Source: Trichoplax sp. H2 (taxonomy: Eukaryota). Taken from it: a stretch of DNA of 64,000 bases. Shown piece after piece: positions 46,141-59,200 of this stretch (position 1 is the first letter of the stretch; each line of letters opens with the position of its first letter). Made by a program: the position numbers and the translations under genes. The notes below the pieces were generated by a model, which was not told where the DNA came from, did not search any database, and worked only from the letters and a program-made list of their open reading frames with translations. The stretch covers positions 62,001 through 126,000 of the forward strand of contig NOWV01000103.1 of the NCBI GenBank assembly GCA_003344405.1, in the 5' to 3' direction.

Positions 46141-46340
46141 TTTCCTATCTCTAAATATCAACTTACAACCAAATCACTAAATACCTTTCTTACCCAAAAA
46201 TTATTGATCAGCAATTTATACTAGAAATCAATAACTTATATAATTCTCTATCTATCTCAAAATATCAGCTTACAATATCGCTAGAAGCCTTTCTCACTAG
46301 ATAAATATTGATTAGCAATGATACTAGCAATCAACAACAA
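46141..46340. repeat. Older degenerate two-copy tandem duplication, ~105 bp
   Basis: ctatctctaaatatcaacttacaa...tattgatcagcaatttatactagaaatcaataac versus ctatctcaaaatatcagcttacaa...tattgattagcaatgatactagcaatcaacaac. Confidence 0.75.
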
Positions 46341-49300
46341 TAAATACGTCCCAGAAAGCGAACTGTAATTATGCAATACAGGGTAGTGCAGTACCCAGAT
46401 CACGATGATCTATCTGCTCAAGTAGAGTGTAAATAGTTATTACCTGTAGTGAACAATCAACAAATCATAATGTTAAGGCATAAAAGGCTGTCATAATTTT
46501 AATGTGGTGATTATTTTTAACGCTAATAATAGTGTTTTGATTACGTTGCAAATTAAGAAGAATTTTTAAAATTGATAATGCTTATTATAATTGTTAAAGC
46601 TCCGTAGCTCCTTCCCTGATAGTTTCTTATAGTATAGCATTTATAGGGAGGATTATAGCATATCCCAGTAATTGATTGTACCTTTAAAAATCTTATTTTA
46701 ACCTAATTTTAGTGAGTCAGTAAATCTAGGGGATCATGTAGAACTGTTCTGTTAACCGCTACTTTCATCTAGCCCGAGGAAATATTGTAATCAATAGAAA
46801 CTTAACGCGCTATATTGTTGCTATGAACCAATAAAGTTGTTTTTGATCGAAATGAATTAAAACTAAATTTTACGGGATATAATGCAATTACTGCAATGAA
46901 TAAAAGCTGAGATATTATTAGATTTATGAATGTAAAGTTAAATTGTATAACTCAGGCAATAAATGACTATAATAAGAACTTATTCTTTCTCTATTGTTGC
47001 AACCTGAAGTACTTTTTATGTCTAGTCTATATAATCAGAACAGAATCAACTAATGTCGGTACGACATGATTTATAAGCTGTTATTTCTACGACGCTCATC
47101 TCAACTTAAAACTACAAAATCAATCACAAGACAAACTGAATAAGACATTTTAACAGCGCCGAAAATGTATGAGTACTAGAATTAAATTAGCTTGTTAAAA
47201 TTCGACCAGGTAAAGTGATAGAAGATGATACAGTTAATTTAAGAAATTAAGTTAAACGATATGCGATAGCTGAAACAGCCTTGGATGTATGTACCCGAAT
47301 ATTTTTTTAGGCACCTTCGTAAATTTTCTTCTACTGAAAGCTTTTACACAGTGTATTATAGACAAACTTTGTCAAATAGCCTGAAATTCTACTTTCAGTC
47401 GTAATAGTCTCTTGATACCTACTTTAAATGAGCCATTCGATGATATTCTCCAACTAAAATTATAATATAAAAGCATAATTTGGGATTTATAGATCGAGCA
47501 GATTATGTGTATTAGCTAGTCAAGTATATCAATCAAATTTAGATTTAAGTTGGGCGGGGGGGGGGGGATTCACAGTAAAAGATACGTGAAATCTCTCAAA
47601 AATATAAGTTAACCCTTCAAGATATAGAAATACGAACAAACAATAGTATCTAGCAATACTAGTGGAGAATTGAAAGTTTTAATCGTCTTTCGGAAATTCT
47701 TCAGAAGGAAGAATACTAAAGGTTTTCATGTTCTCTTGATATCGTGCTACCCACCCCCCTCTGGTTCCCACATTACGGGATAATCCATAAGCAATGGAAA
47801 AAAAATTGATCAAGATATTTATATAAACTATAACTATACACTAGCACAGTCGATATTCCTACTGAGTTAGAATCTAATCCCATAATGAGATTCAATCAAT
47901 ATCTTAATACTAAACTAACTAGTAAATATAAACTTGCTACAAGTACTACAGCAATCCTATAAGTCATTTAGTTGACATCAATTATTACGTACCAGACCAA
48001 ATCTGCACAAAACTTCGGCGGCGAGATAATGCTTTATTTCTTCCGTAGAATTATTTATTATGACTATTTCGTCGGTAAATTGTTCTTTAATAGACAGCAG
48101 TTAAGAATTTATTCTATAATCTTGTTAGCTCATCTTAAAAAATTAAAGGCTAGGATCGTTTACAGAATGTTACTCCCTATGAAATTGACTAACTATAATT
48201 ACTAATTATCAATAAAAAATACCCCGTTAATAAATTCTATCACCGATATAGGTTTTATTAAGAATGAATTTACTGTATTAAGGTTAAAACGTCAAAATTA
48301 AGTATACAAATTCTATAATGACGCTACTGTAATGCTTGTAATAAATTACTAGAGTAAGCTTTTCATTGTTATTCATTTATTTTATTAATTAAATATTTAA
48401 CAGTTGTGCAACCTCTCTGTATTTTCTACTGTGCTGCAACAATAACTTCAATTAGTGGATCCGTTTGTAATAACATTGTGTATACTGCTACTACGTCAAA
48501 ACTTTGACATAATATTGAAATGGTCTAAAAGTAAAATGTAAATTAAGTATGTTAACAAATAGCATTAATCCACTAACGCTGCCTAGAGCTAGTCTTATAG
48601 TACTAAATTACTAATTTACGGAACAAATAAGAACGCGCTTGCAGATGTGAACAGGTAAAAAGACTGAGCATTACCTATACACTAAAAAACTCCTTGTATA
48701 TCGATAGACTACAGTAACATTATTTATTGATGAAATCTAAACTGATTCTGGATGAATTAGTTTAACGGTGCCATCTGCTCCTTTTTGCACGCCTTGGCGC
48801 CATGAACGGTGACCAAGTAATCATCATACAATTAAAGTAATTGACTGAATTGTTACTGTTTATTATAGTCATAAAGACCATCCAGACATCATTCAATTAG
48901 TTCCCCTTCCCTTAACATAATCCCAAAAAGGTAAAACCGTCAAATTTTGTTATATACAGAATACTAAATGCTAATATTGGTGTTAGAAGTGTGTCTTTTA
49001 AGATTAGGAATTGTCGTCGATTGTCGATTTATTCTAGGCTAATAAGGTTTAAAGTTAATCATCCTGAAAGTCAGTTGCTAAATAAAAATGAAGTGCCTAC
49101 ATTTTAAATCCATGTATTCTCATGAAGAATGCAACCGTAGCCAAGTCTATTTAAACAATTACTAATAATCAATAGCCGCAAAATGATAAATATTAAATAA
49201 TATTCAAGTTCATTAATAATTAACATTGGGCAGACATAGAATTGTTTCGAAAACAATTAACCAATGCACTCTAGGTTAGCAAGTAATCCATTAATATGAC

Positions 49301-52300
49301 ATGTATGAATCAGAATTTACAATTTAAATTTTAGACTTTAGAACTAGTTTTCATCCGCTACTGCTACCAGTTATCTAATACAATACGAGGGTATTCAAGT
49401 TGAATAACAACTATTTTGTAAGTTAATAAGTTGATCAACTGGATATTCCTACTCCTTAAGCTATCGATATAGCATGGTCCCTGGATGCTTACATATGATG
49501 ATAATGAGGAGCTGCATTCCATAGTGCAGTATTCATAAGTACAGCTCATCTAGAAAAAATGCCATGAATTCATTAACGAAGTCTATTTGCATAGCAAATA
49601 ATCAATAACAAGCACTAAGACGTCATCGTACTGTAACTCGTATAGTAGTGGCTAAACACTAGTGCTTCAAATTAACTCGATAATTTCACACTATAAATGT
49701 ATCTATGTAATATAAAGCTGCTACAAAATATCGAACTATACTGCAATTGTAAATCCATTCAGCAAGAAAACATTCATGCCCTGCATTACTTGTCCATCAA
49801 TTTATTAAATTAAGCTGATTCCTAATCTAACAGCAAAAAATAATAAGGAGTAATGACGGTGCGGCAACCATGTCAATGGCTGAATATAGTCAATAAATAT
49901 ATCATTACATATTAAGGCATATGGTACACGATCGTGAAACTTCTATTCTGCCATCCTTTATTTTGAAAGGATATCTCACCTAGTATCTAATAAGCTATGA
50001 TAGTAGCAACATATTGCCAATTATAGGACTCCGTTGAAGACAAATGCAATACATATTGTAGTTTACAAATATTTCAAAACGATTTTCAATGCTATGAAAT
50101 ACGGATTTAATTGCTTTTTGATTACGATAATTTAATAGGTTGCTTAATGTATTCTTTGCTAACTGCTATTAGTTAACAAATATGCTACTATTACGGTAGC
50201 CACTAACTGCGCATATCAATTGAAATAGTGCAGAATGTTAAGTAAGTATATTATAAAATCTTGTTGTTTTGTTAAAACATGTTGGTATACTCGTAGTCTT
50301 GACAGTACCGTAACTTAAACATGTTACGTAGGATATGTGCACTTAGGTCATAATGTTAAATCAAAATAACTATTTTCCTGACTATAAGAATTTATTGGGC
50401 TATTTTATTATTGTTTACTAGCATCATAAATTTACTGTAAAAACTTTACAAGATGATAGCATTGCTTAAAGAAAGTAAATATTCTATTAATACTATACAA
50501 GGCCAGAAGTTATAATAGAAGGTATTAATGAGGATATACTACTTGCATATAGGACGGCAGCAGGGGGGCGATATTTTTCGTTGATCATTTCAAGAGCTCA
50601 CGTAAATAATAATATCTAGTTTAAACTAGTTTGATTAAAAAGAGAGTAGTTAGAGATGGAATCTCGTTTCATTTTATTAGCAAAGAAGTGCCATTTTATA
50701 AAATAGTAGAAAGTTGTAAGAAAGATACCTGAGATAGTAAGAGCTTTGATGATATATTCGTCACGAAGTTTTCAGAAATAAATATCAATCATCAGTTATT
50801 TAGAATATGAGAAGCTTAAGGAATAATAAGCTCTGTGTTATTATAAGCAAATTACAACATCTTAAGTAATTAGGCATCTTAGGCAACTGCTATTTGAAAA
50901 TCATCAAATAATAGCGGTATAATAAACATTTTGTTCGAAAATGTATAAATGTAAACTTAATTTTAAGTTGATTATAAATTATTAATTAATAATGATAAAT
51001 AATAATCGTCTCATTAGCGAATATAGGCTTACTATCTGCTAATTCATATCACAGTTTGAATATTGAAATTTTATATGCCAATATGACAGACGGTAATATT
51101 TGAACTTCGTAGATTTATTTTTGTTGCATTGACTATCCAAGATAGTAATTTCATGTGAACGTGTTGAGGTAGCGTACTGTACGGTATATTTTAAGATAAG
51201 GATAAACTATTATCCAAAACCTACCATCCTGTTAATGAATATAGGATCAGTATACTAGCTATTTACACCACCGCCTCAATATTGAACCTCTCTTGTGTAT
51301 AGGCAAACCAGCAGTGTCTGAATCTTGCAAATTTCCACCTTTTCCAGCGTCAATTGCTTGAAATAGTAATGCATACTGTAGGGATGCTGTATCAAATTGA
51401 TATCACTTACCCATTAAGAATAACATCGTATTTTGTAAGTCATGACTTTTCCTTGGGGCTACTAATAAGTAAGTGTGTGTTTGAGAGTTTTCTAAGTTTT
51501 TTAAATATTTATTGCTAAATATGCCTTTCCTGATATTTCATTAGTTGTGAATTCAAAACACTGATAATTAATCTACTTGATCATGGGGAGGCGCAGACGC
51601 CTGCCCAACTTTCACAAGTACAGTATATACGCATATATGGATAATATGAAAATTAAAAGTTTTCTATGACTCTCATCGCCTACCTAAGCATAAATGTACC
51701 ATAACTAGCTTATAATTTCAAGATTACGAAAATATGCACCGCAATATGCAACGCTAAAATAGAGAAGTACAACTTCACGCCAATAAATTTCAAATTATCC
51801 AACAGAAAACAAAGATGCGGGATTATATTTTCTTATGAAATATGAATCTGAGATATAGCTTGCTGCGAATCAAATCGAACCATAACGACACTACTCCGTG
51901 CGTGGATAAGCTTTTGATACTAAAGATTTATAAGTTACTTTTTAGAACTACAGTGAAAGTGTTAAAAGTAAACAGAGATTCGTTAAAATGAATAAAATTC
52001 CAATGTGATTTGTTAATTTTTATCAGTCCAATCCTTACTCAACTTGATTTGAGGCTGGACTGCGAGTATTAGTGATACACTAACAAGAATTGAAAGGCTT
52101 TTTGGCCTAATTTGCCATGCAGTGTTACAATGCTTTCTTCAATATCACGATTTGTCATGTTTAATTAATTATATTACATAAGTTTGAACAAATACATTCT
52201 GTACGTCGTAATTCAATCTACTATCTACTATTGGAGTAATCTTGCCAAAATGTCTCGCAATTAAAGAATGTTGTTAACAACGCATAACTTTTATTTTCAA

Positions 52301-52734
52301 ATTTTATGAAAATACAATACCCATATTGCTATAAATGTATTTACGATACGGTTGACAGGTGGAATAATTTTAAAGATATTTACATTGCTGCCTAACTGGT
52401 ACCTGATTAAGCGAACGGGTCGCTGTAAATTCAGAATGTCAAAACATACATTACATCCAGAATTCACCTTTTCTTACTATTAACGATTACTTATTTTTAC
52501 ACCAGTTCTAGTCCATTTGATAATAAATGCTTTAACATTAATTACTGCTATTTAAAATAATGTGATCACAATTTTTAAGATATGCACTTATACAAATCGT
52601 GTAAAAGTATCTAACACTCGTATATTTCGATGTAAAATAGCATAACAAGAAATCATGCAAACTATGCATAACGAATGATTCTTTAACAAACGCTGATGTT
52701 ATAATAATATCTGACTTTAAAATAATTGTTTATC

Positions 52735-52755
52735 ATATATATATATATATATATG
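52735..52755. repeat. (TA)n microsatellite in the probable 3' UTR of the Mint gene
   Basis: atatatatatatatatatat run. Confidence 0.8.
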
Positions 52756-53219
52756 TTATATGTACGAGTATGTATGTGCGTATGCATATATAATATATCA
52801 TCATTGTACAATATAAAGCAATTGATTAAATTTTAGAACAGAGTAGTTATGACGTTCAACGTAAACAACTACAAACAATAATGAAGAATTCTAATACAAT
52901 TCCAGAAAACATACTCTTGGAACGGCCATTATATTGCTATATTAATCAGCTATCCAATAACCCGCAATCATTCTTAAAGATACAAGATAGTGATGTATAT
53001 CGCTAACTGGCTTAAAAATATCATAAAACTGTAATGAACATTAACACAAAGCAAAGCGAAAGATTTGCAAATCAAATTATAACAATAGAAATTCACCATT
53101 AAGTTATTACAATTTACAAAATTTCACTTGCTTATTTGATGCATCGCATACTTCTGCATTTCAATAATACAATATTAGATACAATCTTCAATTCTTGACA
53201 TAATAAATGAAATTTCAAT

Positions 53220-56200
53220 TTAGATGTATTCTGGCGTTTCTTGGTCTGTCATCAGTTTATACATACTAGCAGGCATGGTTCTCAAACGTAACTAAAAAAA
53301 AATTATTATTTTAATGTAAGTATTGCCAATTGTGAAGTTACATAAAATTAAAGAGAAAGCTGTACAGAGGTAAATACTGACATCTCCGGTGGATATCGTT
53401 AGGAGTTCGACAACTTGGTCATGCGTAGCCTTTACAATATTATGTCTATCGATATCTAAAATATAATGGCCAACACGTACACCACCTCGTTCGGCAATAC
53501 CTCCACGAATAACACTGCAAATCTACAAGTAAAAAATATATTCGTAATAGGTTTAAAAGGATAGCTACATTTAGTAAGTCAATCAATAAAGCTAAACATT
53601 CATACCAAACCATCTTGCACACTAAATCCCCATACATATTTCGTATCTGGTCTTCTTAGTACTATTTCTGTTACCGGTGACATGGATACAATTTCTAAAG
53701 TCACTTCTGTTGCCTGGCAGCTTTCCTACAATTTGATCCATATCGGATATTTTCAATAATGGGTTAACATTTTCATAACTTTATTCAGATTGACGTCGAT
53801 TACTGTACCTTAATAATAGCTTTGCACTTATCGATTGGTAAGGCGACAAGGCTAATACCATTCACAAACATTAAGTGGTCGCCAACGTTTAACTGACCAC
53901 CTAAGGCAGCGGGGCCGAATTTATTGATATGAGCAATCACGGGGGCTGGTATTAATGATCCCCAGCCGGAAGGTATTATCATTATTCCTAGATTTTCATT
54001 TCGCTTTTTTCGTACTACAACCTATAATTCACATCCAAAATAAAATTAAAAAAATTAACAACTACTGTTATTTGTACGGTAGAAATTTTACTTGTCCCAA
54101 TAAAGGTAAAACTATTTGACTGATTACAATTCCTAACTACATGTACTTGCTTGCCATTATAGTAAAAATAGCAATTCAATGATTGTACCTTTTTCTTGCA
54201 ATTAATATCTGACAGTCGACCAAGTTCCTCTACTGAGGTTCGTTGACAACTTAAGACATTCTCGTATTCAACTTTTTCTAATTCTTCCTGACTCCAGCCC
54301 TTCTCTTTAACAAATTCTTCATAAGCAATGTCAAAGGCCTGTCCAATAGATTTGGCGATTGACCGTGCCTTCAATAGGATCAAAATTGATTTATTTTTTA
54401 ATATCCTGAGTAAAACTCAAAATAAATAACCATATCTACAAAAATTTAAGAACGAACAAACTAAACATACATATTGAGAACTAAAAACGTGGCTGACTAC
54501 TTGAGAACCCTTCGGATCTTCGTCAAAATCAGAAGTGGAAACTTCAATCATGGCTTTTCCACTCTTTTCTTTCACAAAGTCCTCTTCTTTCCGCTTGTGA
54601 CGTCTGGTCATCAATACCACAATATTTCCAATATCGGCGATGTACGAAACGTTATGCAAGAGAGTTTCAACGAGCAATTTCTACATTTTGGTGAATATCA
54701 ATAGGGCATTTAAGTAACAATAGATTGCATGGCTAAATTAACGAAATTTTTTACCATAATACTGACAACGACTATAAAATAGAATTCAAATTTCATCAAA
54801 CAGAGAAAATTTTTACCTTATCTGATGACTGTAAAACGATTATGCTACGGACAGATATAACAATTTCGACATCCATACAACTCTGAAAGTCCGAAGACGT
54901 TACCTATGTAAATGTCATAAAGGAAAATGAACCAGAAATTTATAGATGAGAGATCATAATCACTCAACGACAAATACAATACTACTTAAGTATTACTACC
55001 TTTATCCTCTCAATAGCTTCTTTGGCTAAATTTATTCGAGTCTTTGCTGACCATTCCACATCGTTGACTAGACGTGTTGTCCCTAGATACTGGGTATACA
55101 AATTCCAAAACATGATAAGAACTATAAAATATTTACACAGTTCTTTCAATGAGTTAGCGTCTGATATGTTGACGATAAAGACTTTACTTAAACCTACTAT
55201 CACGTCCCTCGAGACATTTATTTATTTGAAAAGCTCATACTTGGTCACTCCACATGCTTAGCTATAAAAATTATTTGTGCGATCTTACTAAATGTACTTA
55301 CATCAGCATCGTATACGACTCCTCTAGTTAAATCAGCAGGATGATGCCTACCAGTGTCACGACCTATGTTCAACCCAAGCATATTGAAGTTTTTTTTAGG
55401 AGGAACATGTAACTTTTTTCTATTTACAACTGTTACATTTTAATACGTGCATATAGCAACAACAAGAACAGTAATGAAGTAAGAAGTACTACATTCTACA
55501 ATGAAGACTTTGCATCTAGCAAACCTTTTAATTCGTCTTGTTTCAACGGCTCGATCTTCTACCAGTAAAAAAAATACAAATACCTTTACGATTAGAGTAA
55601 TAAAATATAATTTAATCTAACTAAAAACTAACATCACTAAGGACGCCATAGGGATCTGAATTTTGTGCGTCATACGACGCTTCCTCTCTTTCTGCCACAG
55701 TTCTATCTAATTGTTCTTTTGGTGGTTGTTCACTATCTGCTGACCTAACTTTCGTTCCAGTTTCTGATTTTACTCTACGAATACCAGGTCTACTGGTGTT
55801 GAGATCTTTTGTCGAACTTGAAGACTTTGGAAGTCTTCGTCTACGCCAAATACTGTCGGGGTCATCAGGTTCCTGATCTAGGTCCTCCATTGATTCTGGT
55901 TAATAAAATTTCCAAGACGTATATTTTTATTTTTATGTGTATTTGAGCTTTGGTAATGATTCAAGTAATAACTAATAGAGATCAATGACATTACCTTCAT
56001 TGGAGTTGGTTTCTACTTTTGATGATGTAACTCCGTCCTTTTTCATTTGTAGTTTCATCAATTCTATTTTACTTAATCCTTTTGTGTTATTATTAGGTCT
56101 TGAAGAAACTAAGCTTTCTTTGTTATCATGGTTAGGATTATCGTTATGTTCTTCATCTGCGCAAGGCTGTTCGGAACCATCAAATTCGCCACTATCCCAC

Positions 56201-59200
56201 TCTAATCCACTATCCATCACTCTTTCATTACTTGAATGATTTAACATCTGTGTGGCTAACTTTGGATGATTTTCTGCTGTTTTCTGATTTAATACAGAAG
56301 AAGGTAGTTCAGCGATTGGCTCTACGCTAACGTCAAGTGATGATTCCGCTGGAGGTTGTGTTGTAATAACTTTAGCTGGTTGCTTTCCTTTTTTATTCGC
56401 TTTAGGGTTGTCCTATTTTAAAAACATGGCACACTGCACTTGAGAAATACAATACTGTAGTGACAATCTACCACAACGGCCAATCATACCTTTCCTGTGC
56501 TTTCATTTCTTTTCTTTTCATTTAATAGCCGCAACTCCTTTTCTTTAAGGTCTGCAGCTTTTTGCTTGATTAGTTGCGATTCTGCATCTAAACACTCTTT
56601 CCTTATCTTTGTACTATCACGTAACTTTAACGATGAATTAAAGTAGGTAATTGCCAAACTAAGTTGATTCAATTTTTTATACGAGTAGCCCAGGCGAGAA
56701 TATGTACGAGCTATTAACTTTGTATCAGCATCTTGTTTCGATCCCAACTCTAAGGCATATTCGGCATCTTTGATACTTCTTTTATATTCCTCCAAATTGT
56801 AGTAAGTGGCTGAAAGGTGAAGCATTGCAAGCGTGAATTACATTTTTAGAAAAGAACTAGTGTATGTACAATATAAGATAATCTCCTTTCTTATAACAAA
56901 TTGTACAATGCTAATAAATCATACCCTTACCTGCTCTGTTAATATAAAAGATAATATTAGAAGGAACAAGCTTAATTGCTTTATTATAGTGCTCTAAAGC
57001 TTCATCGAAATCATTTTTTCTAAAAGCGATATTTCCTTTTTCCTTTTCTTCCGCAGCTAAAGTAGCATTATCTATAATAGGTATATCAACTAATAAAAGA
57101 CAAGGCATCATCATATCAGATGAAAGCAACTGCATAAGACTCAAAAATATAAAGTTACACTAGATTAAAATGAAGGATAACTAGGTTTTTATACACAAAC
57201 AGAATAAATCATATAAATAATATGCAGTTGCTAGATATATAAACGCACGGTTTAAGGTGGAATTATTTTACTCAGCAAACTTACAGTACCATCTACAGAG
57301 ATATGATCTTTATAGTAATTTAGATTATGAAATGATGTAATCTTGAAAGGGAAATACTATATACTGTACCATGCTCGTCAATTTTTGGTGTGTGGTTGAT
57401 ATCATTCTCACTGTTCTCTTCCTTTATTGCATCTGACGTCTCTTTTTCTGCTAGTGAATTACTACTTTCCATTACAGTAGGACTTTTCGATTCCAATATT
57501 TCATTGTCTAAAAAGTATTACAAACATTTAATCAGCACAGCAACGAGACAACTGTATACCATACTATTAATTAATAACTGATCTAGTTGGAAGCGTTACA
57601 TTCGTTCAATTTCTGTAACGATTTGAATTAACGATTCCTAGAAGTTTCGAAATTTTGACCATTATAGTAAGAGTAAAAATCTAATTTCTTAACGCTGCGA
57701 ATTGTATGGATACAGGAATAGTTGCATTTATACAAAAGTTTAAAAGCTTGAGCTGTCGCTTATCATGCGAATTATTAATATTAATACAGTCTGAGATATA
57801 TTAACGTTGGCACAAAATACTACACATTTGTCAATTCTATGCTTAGATTGCAGAGGAAAACAATAAAGGTGATTATTTGGCGTTACGTGTAATGTAATAT
57901 ACTGCATCTAAATCAAGTTTAAATAAATAATTCATCATTGTAACAGTTCACTAAAGTCTAATATTATCCCATGAGATGGTCTTCACAGCGTAAACTGATT
58001 TCAATAGATTTCAGTTCATTAGCAAATTTTGGTAAATAAAATTATGATTAACAATACCTACTGTGCAGAAACTATATAAATGTAATATTATATTTATTAT
58101 ATCATCGTATAATTAGTTGAAAAACTGTCATAAGAGTAAGTTCTTGGATAAAAAAAATGTGTATGCTTTAACTATAAGCCAGTAAGATACAAATATACGG
58201 AGAAGGGACTATACGCGTATTTTATCATTTAAAACTATCATTTCTTGAACTACTAACAGTGATTCTACAAATCACTTTGAAATTTTTAACCACTGCGACA
58301 CTATCTACAGTTAAAATATGTCCAGTAAAGGCAGTAGTAGAACATGTGCAGACGCACTTTAGTTATACAAGTACATCGCAAACGTGGTCACATATAGTAT
58401 TAGGTCCTTCCCATTTATGATGCAGAACTAATCGCCGCTACCCTATTGCACTTCATACTAAAAGATGATATCCATAAATATTGTAAATAGTTTATCAAGC
58501 AAAACTGAAGGTAAAATCTTTGTTGTTGTACAAATAATTTTCTTTAGAGTTAAAGAATATAAATAAAAAGGAAACTGTAACGGAATATAGAATTTACAAT
58601 GTCCATAACGAATATTTGATACATTTCTTATAAAGCAGATTACTAGAGATATTATACGCGTATAGTCTAAGAAATGAGGTACAGTCTATGTTTAATAGAA
58701 CTAATTAATCATTCCATGTATATAGAAAGCACTATTTAAAGGAGTAACAATTGTGGTATTGTCAATAGTTCGCTATGTATGTGTATGAAAATGATTATGC
58801 TGTCATTGCCATATAGGTAAGAGAAAAAGCTGTATGATTATTGCCATGCTGTATCAGGTAGGATGATACTTTATCTACTCGATATTGTAGAATTAATTGT
58901 ACTGTATATGTTATATATATATATATCGAATTTTCTCACCTTGCAGAAGACCGTTAACTTGATTAGAATCCAGAATTTCACTTTGATTGTTTTCCACATC
59001 TGCAGTTCCGTTGGTATGACTAACAACTTTAGTATCAATCGCATCATAGTGGACAAGTGGAATTTGATCCTGAGATAATTCTTCTCCTTGACTACTATCA
59101 ACATAGACCAAATCATATGGAACAATAGGAGGAGATGTAAGGCTATTTTCTTGGCCTTTTACGCGAGTTTCAACAACTAAAACACCCAGTAGAGTAAGTA

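Noticed and set aside
48720-48850. Box C/D snoRNA candidate (TGATGA...CTGA on +, ATGATGA on -)
   Set aside because: No convincing terminal stem or recognisable rRNA guide. The minus-strand version lacks a CTGA box D.
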